NCBI GenBank assembly: GCA_963668645.2 | Contig: CAXXWC010000021.1 | Coordinates: forward strand, 1,536,001 to 1,600,000 | Source: Desulfobacterales bacterium | Lineage (GTDB): Bacteria > Desulfobacterota > Desulfobacteria > Desulfobacterales > UBA2174 | Length of the DNA stretch: 64,000 bases | Direction of reading: 5' to 3' | Position numbers and translations under genes: made by a program | Notes under the pieces: generated by a model | What the model was told of the DNA's origin: nothing | Databases searched by the model: none | The model's input: the letters and a program-made list of their open reading frames with translations, nothing else | Part shown: positions 57,745 to 64,000 of the stretch, one piece after another | Layout of the letters: every line of letters starts with the position of its first letter | How positions within the stretch are numbered: the first letter of the stretch is position 1

Positions 57745-58269
57745 ATGCAATACAAGCTGAAAAACAACGACGACGTCATCACCCTCGACGCCGAGGCCGA
57801 CGGCGACGCGCGCTTTCGCGTATCAATCGGAGACGATCAGCACGAAGTCGCCTACCGGCGCATCTCCGATTACCAGATCCACCTCACCGTGGACGGCCAC
57901 CAGGTCATGGCCTTCGTGGCCGACACTCCCGAGGGCAAGACGGTGATGGTGGACGGCCGCACATGGCTCCTCGAAGACGCCGCCGCACAACAGACCCGGC
58001 GCCGAGGGACGCGCAATGACGGGCCGAAGCAGGTTTCGCCGCCCATGCCCGCGGTGGTGACCAAACTTCTCGTGGCCCAGGGCGACAGCGTGGAAAAGGG
58101 CCAGGGGGTGGTGGTGGTCTCGGCCATGAAAATGGACACCACCCTCACGGCCCCCTTCGACGGGGTGGTGACCCGCGTCAACGTGGCCGAGGGCGACAAG
58201 GTCACGCCGAAGCAGGTGCTGGTGGACATCGAGCCGGCCGTGGAAGAAGAGACCGCCTCGGCGGCCTGA
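57745..58269 (+). CDS. Biotin carboxyl carrier protein with N-terminal BT-like domain
   Basis: SPPMPAVV..V..GD.V..GQ....SAMKMD..L.AP.DG biotinyl domain. Confidence 0.88.
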   Translation: MQYKLKNNDDVITLDAEADGDARFRVSIGDDQHEVAYRRISDYQIHLTVDGHQVMAFVADTPEGKTVMVDGRTWLLEDAAAQQTRRRGTRNDGPKQVSPPMPAVVTKLLVAQGDSVEKGQGVVVVSAMKMDTTLTAPFDGVVTRVNVAEGDKVTPKQVLVDIEPAVEEETASAA

Positions 58270-58324
58270 AATGTCCTAACATTTCAACATACCGCTTCGA
58301 ACCATCGACAGAGGAGGCCCTGAC

Positions 58325-59103
58325 ATGGCCGAACAGGATCTGACCTACCGCGTGGAAAACCACGTGGCCACCGTGACCATCAACCGGGAGAGCCGGCGCA
58401 ATGCCATCAGCCCCGGGGCGCTGGCCCTGTTTCACGAGGCTCTGGACCGGGCCCTGGCCGACGATGCGGTCCGTGTGGGTCTGCGTCACCGGCGCCGGGG
58501 AAAAGGCCTTTTGCACCGGCGCCGATCTAGGCGGCGGCATGGGGACCGATGATGAAAGCCGGCGTGTTTTCGACAGCTACGCGCGCCTCATCAGCCGCCT
58601 GGCTGTTTTTCCCAAGCCCACCGTGGCGCGGGTCAACGGGCACTGCCTGGCCGGGGGCACCGGGTTCATGCTCGGCTGCGACATCGTCATCGCCAAAAAG
58701 ACGGCCAAGTTCGGCACCCCCGAGGTCAACGTGGGGCTCTTTCCCATGATGATCGGGGCGCTGATCTTCCGCAACGTGGAGCGCAAAAAGGCCATGGAGA
58801 TGATCCTGCTCGGCGAGACACTCACCGCCGATCAGGCCCTGGCCATGGGCCTCGTCACCCGCGTGGGTGCCCGAAACGGATTTCGACGCCGAGGTGGACA
58901 AGGTCCTCGGCGCCCTGGCCGGCAAGAGCCCCATCGGCATGCGCCTCGGCAAGGAGGCCTTTGCCGCCGCCGAAACGATGCCCCTGGACGAGGCGGTGCG
59001 GTTTCTGGCGGGCCGCCTCGCCGCGGTGGCGGCCACCGAAGACGCCCGCGAAGGGATCATGGCCTTTTTGGAAAAACGACTGCCCCGGTTCACGGGAAAG
59101 TAG
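58325..59103 (+). pseudogene. Enoyl-CoA hydratase/isomerase interrupted by two +1 frameshifts (pseudogene or assembly error)
   Basis: Three frames join into one crotonase: VATVTINRESRRNAI / TGAGEKAFCTGADL..GHCLAGG..FGTPEVNVG / EDAREGIMAFLEKR. Extra G in GGG runs at 58477-58479 and 58865-58867. Confidence 0.85.
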
Positions 59104-59108
59104 GCGCC

Positions 59109-59651
59109 ATGTTCTATTTCTTCGACGGCAAGGTGCCGGCCGTGGGGCAAGGCACCTATGTGAGCGAGCTGGCCACGGTCATCGGCAACGTGGAGATCGG
59201 CGACGACGGCTATGTGGGTCCCGGCGCCATCCTGCGCGGGGACCACGGCCGCATCGAGATCGGGAACGGGTCGGCGGTGGAAGAAGGAGTGATCCTCCAC
59301 GCCGCGCCGGGGCACGTACTGAAGATCGGCTGCCGGGTCACTCTAGGGCACGGCGCCACCGTCCATGCCCGCAGCATCGGCGACGGAGCGGTGGTGGGCA
59401 TGGGCGCGGTGGTGAGCATCGAAAGCGAGATCGGCGCCGGTGCCATCGTGGCCGAGGGCACGGTGGTCAAGTGGGGCCAGATCATCGACGCCGACATGAT
59501 GGCCGCCGGCAACCCGGCCCGGGTGATCCGGCCGGTGAACGAGAAAGACCGGCTCATCTGGGACTTCGGCAAGCAGCTCTACATCGACCTGGCCCACAAG
59601 TACCTCCAAGATGGGATGCACCCGGTGGATCCGGTCCGAAAAGGGAAATGA
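59109..59651 (+). CDS. Gamma-carbonic-anhydrase-like hexapeptide-repeat protein (PaaY/CaiE-like)
   Basis: ATVIGNVEIG, GAILRGD, ILH, LGHGATVH, VGMGAVV, AGNPARVIR. Confidence 0.85.
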   Translation: MFYFFDGKVPAVGQGTYVSELATVIGNVEIGDDGYVGPGAILRGDHGRIEIGNGSAVEEGVILHAAPGHVLKIGCRVTLGHGATVHARSIGDGAVVGMGAVVSIESEIGAGAIVAEGTVVKWGQIIDADMMAAGNPARVIRPVNEKDRLIWDFGKQLYIDLAHKYLQDGMHPVDPVRKGK

Positions 59652-59678
59652 ATCGCATCCAAGCCACAAGGGGGCACT

Positions 59679-61463
59679 ATGCCGCATCCAACAGCAGGTG
59701 ACAAACTGATCATCGCCAATTGCAGCGGGTTCTTCGGCGACCGCCTCTCGGCGGCGGCCGAGATGGTCCGGGGCGGCCCCATCCACGTGCTCACCGGGGA
59801 CTATATAGCCGAACTCACCATGGCGATCCTCTTCCAGAAGAAGCTCAAGGCGCCGGAGACCGGCTACGTGCCGACCTTTCTCAAGCAGATGGAAGAGATC
59901 ATGGGCGAGTGCCTGGAAAAGCGGATCCGCGTGGTGAGCAATGCCGGCGGCCTCAACCCGGCCGGCATGGCCCAGGCCCTAAGGGCCCTGGCCGAAAAGC
60001 TCGGTCTGGCGCCGAAGATCGCCTATATCGAGGGCGACGACCTGATGCCGCGGCTGGCCGAACTCCAGGCCCAGGGCGAGACCTTCACCCACCTGGACAA
60101 GGGGATCGGCCTGGCCGAGGCCGGGGCCATGGCCATCAGTGCCAACGCCTATCTGGGCGGCTGGGGCATCGTCGAGGCCCTGAACCAGGGGGCGGACATC
60201 GTGGTCTGCGGCCGCGCGGCGGACGCCGCGCTGGTGGCCGGCCCGGCCGCGTGGCATTTCGGCTGGGACCCCGCCGACTGGGACCGCCTGGCCGGCGCCT
60301 ATGCGGCGGGCCACATCATCGAGTGCGGCGCCCAGGCCACCGGCGGCAACTACTCCTTCATCCACGAGGTGCCGTCCTATCGCAATGTCGGCTTTCCCAT
60401 CGCGGAGATCGAGGCCGACGGCAGCTTTACCATCACCAAACACCCGGGCACCGGCGGGCTGGTGTCGGTGGGCACGGTGACGGCCCAGCTTCTTTACGAG
60501 ATCGCCGCGCCCCACTACCTGACACCGGACGTGACGGTGCGCTTCGACACCCTGCGTCTGGAGCAGGAAGGCGCCGACCGGGTGCGGGCCACGGGCACCC
60601 GGGGCGAGCCGTCCCCGGAGACGACCAAGGTCTGCATCAACACCCTGGCCGGGCACAAGAATCAGATGACGGTGATCCTCACCGGGCTCGAAATCGAAAA
60701 GAAAGCCGAGATCGTCACCGAAACCCTCTTCGAAAGCCTGGGCGGGCGGGACCGCTTCCAGACGGTGGATGTGCAGCTCGTGCGCTCGGACAAACCCGAC
60801 CCGCCCACCAACGACGAGGCCTTCGCCTTTCTGCGCATCACCGTGATGGATCCGGACGCCAAAAAGGCCGGCAAGCTTTTCTCGGCCAAGGTGGTGGAGA
60901 TGGCCCTGGCCAACATCCCGGGCTTCACCCTCACCGCGCCGCCGGGCCCTGGCTCGCCGGCCGTGGTGCACTGGCCCGCGCTGGTGTCGAACCGTTTTAT
61001 CCACCAGAACGTCTACCTCGACGGCAAACCCGTGGCGGTGATCAAGACTGCTGAAGGGCACAACGCGGTGGCGGGGGTGCCTGAAAAGCGGGACATCCCG
61101 GCCGTTCCCAAGGGTCCCTTGGTGCGGGTGCCGCTGGGCCGGGCCTTTGCCACCCGCGCCGGCGACAAGGGCGGCAACGCCAATCTCGGGGTCTGGGCCC
61201 AGACTCCTGAAGCCTACGCGTTCCTCAGGGGTTATCTTACCACGGAGAAGCTGCAAGAGCTGCTGCCGGACTGCGCACCCTACACCATCGACCGCTACGA
61301 ACTGCCCAACCTGCTGGCGGTGAACTTCTATATCCGCGGTCTGCTGGGTGAGGGGGTGGCGGCCTCGGTGCGCAGCGATCCCCAGGCCAAAACCCTGGGC
61401 GAGTACCTGCGCGCCAAGGTCATCGAGATGCCCGCGTCGATCCTGGTGGTTTCCGGAGAATAG
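59679..61463 (+). CDS. AtuA / DUF1446 acyclic-terpene-utilisation family protein
   Basis: IANCSGFFGDR, GDYIAELTM, NAGGLNP, ANAYLG, GHIIECGAQATGGN, AQLLYEI, RAGDKGGNANLG, DPQAKTLGEYLR. Confidence 0.9.
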   Translation: MPHPTAGDKLIIANCSGFFGDRLSAAAEMVRGGPIHVLTGDYIAELTMAILFQKKLKAPETGYVPTFLKQMEEIMGECLEKRIRVVSNAGGLNPAGMAQALRALAEKLGLAPKIAYIEGDDLMPRLAELQAQGETFTHLDKGIGLAEAGAMAISANAYLGGWGIVEALNQGADIVVCGRAADAALVAGPAAWHFGWDPADWDRLAGAYAAGHIIECGAQATGGNYSFIHEVPSYRNVGFPIAEIEADGSFTITKHPGTGGLVSVGTVTAQLLYEIAAPHYLTPDVTVRFDTLRLEQEGADRVRATGTRGEPSPETTKVCINTLAGHKNQMTVILTGLEIEKKAEIVTETLFESLGGRDRFQTVDVQLVRSDKPDPPTNDEAFAFLRITVMDPDAKKAGKLFSAKVVEMALANIPGFTLTAPPGPGSPAVVHWPALVSNRFIHQNVYLDGKPVAVIKTAEGHNAVAGVPEKRDIPAVPKGPLVRVPLGRAFATRAGDKGGNANLGVWAQTPEAYAFLRGYLTTEKLQELLPDCAPYTIDRYELPNLLAVNFYIRGLLGEGVAASVRSDPQAKTLGEYLRAKVIEMPASILVVSGE

Positions 61464-61507
61464 AATAACAAAATTCACCTCAGAGAACGCAGCGCACACA
61501 AAAAAGG

Positions 61508-62308
61508 ATGGGGAAGATGAAGCAGATCTGCAGCGACTTGGCCTGGGAGCAGGAGCACCTCGACGCACTGGTCAGCGGGCTCGACGCGGCCGGCTGGGCC
61601 CTTGCGACCCTCTGCAACGGCTGGACCGTCAAGGACGAAATCTGCCACCTGGCCTACTTCGATCATACGGCGCGGCTGGCCGCCACGGACCCCGACGCCT
61701 TTACCCGGCACATGATCGCAGACCTGGGCAACATCAAGAGCATGGATGAAGTCACCGGGATTACCCTGGCCAAGGGGCGCGCCATGATCACGGCGGATCT
61801 GCACGCCTGGTGGCGCGAGGAGCGCCGGCAGCTCATCGGCGCCCTATCCGCACTGAACCCCAGGGAGCGCCTGCCATGGTACGGCCCGCCGATGAGCGCG
61901 CTTTCCTTTGCCACCGCGCGGCTGATGGAAACCTGGGCCCACGGGCAGGACGTCTACGACGCGCTCAAAAAAAAGCGGCCGGTCAGCCCCGGCTTGCAGG
62001 ACATCGCCCACCTGGGGGTCAAGACCTTCAGCTGGAGCTTTTCCAACCGGGGCATGGAAGTTCCGGACATCCCGGTGCGGGTGGCACTGGCCTCGCGGTC
62101 CGGGGAAACCTGGACCTGGGGGGATGCGGCCGCAGCCGAATCGGTCACCGGGCCGGCCGAGGATTTCTGCCTGGTGGTGACCCAGCGGCGCCACGTGGAC
62201 GACACGGCCCTGATCTGCGCCGGAAAGACGGCGCGCCGCTGGATGGAGGTGGCCCAGGCCTTTGCCGGTCCGCCGGACAACGGCCCGCCGGCAGGGACAT
62301 TTGCATGA
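61508..62308 (+). CDS. TIGR03084-like maleylpyruvate-isomerase/DinB-superfamily metal-binding protein (start may be 61517)
   Basis: GWTVKDEICHLA, PWYGPPMSA.SFATARLMETWAHGQD, DFCLVVTQRRH, AQAFAGPP. Confidence 0.8.
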   Translation: MGKMKQICSDLAWEQEHLDALVSGLDAAGWALATLCNGWTVKDEICHLAYFDHTARLAATDPDAFTRHMIADLGNIKSMDEVTGITLAKGRAMITADLHAWWREERRQLIGALSALNPRERLPWYGPPMSALSFATARLMETWAHGQDVYDALKKKRPVSPGLQDIAHLGVKTFSWSFSNRGMEVPDIPVRVALASRSGETWTWGDAAAAESVTGPAEDFCLVVTQRRHVDDTALICAGKTARRWMEVAQAFAGPPDNGPPAGTFA

Positions 62309-62343
62309 TTTTCAGCGGCATCGATCGGTTGGTGTTGATTCGG

Positions 62344-62433
62344 TTAAGGGACCCAAAGGACGAAAGGGACGCAAAGGACAAACAATCGCCGCCGGCCGTC
62401 CCTTGGGCCCTTTGGGTCCTTTAAGTCCTTTTC
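62344..62433. repeat. Inverted pair of 4 x 9-bp tandem repeats (intergenic)
   Basis: ttaagggac ccaaaggac gaaagggac gcaaaggac (62344-62379), 18 nt, then gtcccttgg gccctttgg gtcctttaa gtccttttc (62398-62433). Confidence 0.75.
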
Positions 62434-62480
62434 CTCAAAACCCTTTTCTCAGAACTCCTCCAGATCCCAAGGAGAACCGC

Positions 62481-63632
62481 ATGAGCCAGAACCTCTACTT
62501 CAACAAGGAACACGAACAGGTGCGCAAGGCGGTCCGCGATTTCGTCAACAAGCGGATCAACCCCTTCGTGGACGAGTGGGAGGAGGCGGGCATCGCCCCG
62601 CTGCATGAACTTTTCAGGGAGATGGGGCAGCTCGGGTTTCTCGGGATCCGCTATGACCCGAAGTACGGCGGCGAAGGTCTGGACTACTGGTACGAAACGG
62701 TGATGCTCGAAGAAATCTCCCGCATCAAATGCGGCGCCCTTCCCATGGCCATCGCGGTTCAGACCAACATGGCCACCCCGGCCATCGCCCAGTTCGGTTC
62801 CGAGTATCTCAAGGAGAAATATTTAAAAGCCGCCATCAAAGGCGAAATGGTCGGCGCCATCGCCGTCACCGAACCGGGGGCCGGATCGGATGTGGCCGCC
62901 CTGAAGACCTTTGCCCAACGCGACGGGGACAGCTACGTCATCAACGGTTCCAAGACCTACATCACCAACGGCACCCAGGCCGATTTTCTCACCCTGCTGG
63001 CCCGCACCAGCGAGGCACCGGGCTACCATTCCTTCAGCCTCTTCGTAGTGCCCACCGACCTGCCGGGCTTCAAGATCAGCAAGAAGCTCGACAAGCTCGG
63101 CATGCGCAGCAGCGACACGGCCGAACTTTTCTTCGACGACCTGCGCCTCCCCGCGGAAAACCGCATCGGCCAGGAGGGCGAAGGATTCATCTACCAGATG
63201 CAGCAGTTCCAGCATGAGCGCTTCTCGGCGCTGCCCATGTGCTACATCGGCGGCGAGGACATGATCCGCGAGACGGTGGAGTACATCCGCGGCCGCATCG
63301 TCTTCGGAAAACCGCTGATCGCCAAGCAGGTCCTGCGCCACCGGCTGGTGCAGTGGCTCAGCGAACTCGAGTGTCTGCGACAGCTCACCTATCACATCGT
63401 ACGCCTCAAGCAGGCCGGCCGGGACGCCACCCGGGAGATTTCCATGGGCAAGCTGCTCGGCGGCGATCTTTTGAACAAGATCGCCGACGGCTGCCTGCAG
63501 ATGTACGGCGGCATGGGGTTCATGAACGAGATGCGCGTCTCGCGCTTTTTCCGGGATGCGCGCCTGATCTCCATCGGCGGCGGCGCCAGCGAGGTGATGA
63601 GCGACGTGCTGGCCAAGCTGGAAGGCTTTTAA
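62481..63632 (+). CDS. Acyl-CoA dehydrogenase (AtuD/long-chain-like)
   Basis: AIAVTEPGAGSDV, NGSKTYITNG, KLGMRSSDTAELFF, LQMYGGMGF, IGGGASEVM; AGGAG RBS. Confidence 0.92.
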   Translation: MSQNLYFNKEHEQVRKAVRDFVNKRINPFVDEWEEAGIAPLHELFREMGQLGFLGIRYDPKYGGEGLDYWYETVMLEEISRIKCGALPMAIAVQTNMATPAIAQFGSEYLKEKYLKAAIKGEMVGAIAVTEPGAGSDVAALKTFAQRDGDSYVINGSKTYITNGTQADFLTLLARTSEAPGYHSFSLFVVPTDLPGFKISKKLDKLGMRSSDTAELFFDDLRLPAENRIGQEGEGFIYQMQQFQHERFSALPMCYIGGEDMIRETVEYIRGRIVFGKPLIAKQVLRHRLVQWLSELECLRQLTYHIVRLKQAGRDATREISMGKLLGGDLLNKIADGCLQMYGGMGFMNEMRVSRFFRDARLISIGGGASEVMSDVLAKLEGF

Positions 63633-63945
63633 AACAAAAAATTACGGGCGGATACCGCGGGACAAGCGCAACTGCAACTTTCTCCGAGAGGCGCTATGGC
63701 GACCGGGTGCCTTCCTGCGGAGCACATCTGCGACATTTTTCGCGGCCGGTAAGAAGAGTTGGCTTGCCCGACGCTTCCGGCACAGCCCCCCATTCCCCAT
63801 CGATACGCATTCCAACCAATTTGTTCCGTATCGCGGAAATTTGTTGTCAGGTACGAAACCTTCTCCCTTGCAATGCCGAGTTTCCCTATTTAGAAAATAG
63901 TTCTGGGATATGGAACATACCGCAGCCCTCAACAAGGAGTCACTC

Positions 63946-64000
63946 ATGGAGGCCACGGTGAATTTGTTCTATGCCCGTGTTGCGGTCGGCCGGCAGTTGT
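63946..64000 (+). CDS. Possible start of a gene running off the window
   Basis: AAGGAG RBS followed by ATG and an open frame (MEATVNLFYARVAVGRQL..) to the edge; too short to identify. Confidence 0.3.
   Translation, partial: MEATVNLFYARVAVGRQL

Noticed and set aside
58401..59651. 416-aa crotonase/gamma-CA fusion protein
   Set aside because: Produced by the frameshift at 58865-58867; the crotonase C-terminus lies in another frame and the gamma-CA gene has its own ATG at 59109.
61472..61505. CACCTCAGAGAACGCAGCGCACACAAA, resembling a degenerate 9-bp-period repeat end
   Set aside because: Too short and degenerate, with no inverted partner nearby.
2717..61568. Numerous long antisense or alternate-frame ORFs (e.g. 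2717-4240, 7050-8786, 18515-20287, 20288-22243, 52712-54442, 59979-61568)
   Set aside because: Shadow ORFs expected from high GC3 opposite well-supported genes; no recognisable motifs.

Overview
A GC-rich, gene-dense chromosomal window. Gene content (ETF plus a membrane Fe-S oxidoreductase, several sigma-54 activators, deltaproteobacterial-type porins) suggests an anaerobic fatty-acid-oxidising Desulfobacterales-like organism; this is inference. In order: a partial GMC oxidoreductase, a Cys-cluster protein and tRNA-Asn; a TetR-regulated acyl-CoA dehydrogenase / Fe-S oxidoreductase / etfBA module; two porins and two FG-GAP/VCBS proteins; an MBL hydrolase, a DUF4139 protein, ppdK and ahcY; a GldAFG-like ABC system, a methyltransferase, mutY and tesB; an FMN riboswitch with ribB; three sigma-54 activator modules (small secreted repeat protein + FadL-type transporter; ATPase-less TolC/HlyD/ABC-permease exporter; atu-like acyl-CoA carboxylase cluster); and a GntR / M20 hydrolase / peptide-ABC operon. 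The most striking element is at about 14.2-15.55 kb. There a lone 96-aa GIY-YIG nuclease gene sits inside about 13 CGTC/GTCA-tagged REP-type palindromes, arranged as inverted doublets with tandem end-duplications. This mirrors the RAYT-REPIN layout but with a GIY-YIG nuclease in place of a tyrosine transposase. Other signals: orphan extended Shine-Dalgarno elements about 90-95 nt upstream of both porins, a probable ATC start codon and three operators for the TetR, an identical enhancer/promoter geometry on both sides of a XylR-type activator, and an enoyl-CoA hydratase broken by two near-identical +G frameshifts. All family calls are from motif recognition by eye; no searches were run.
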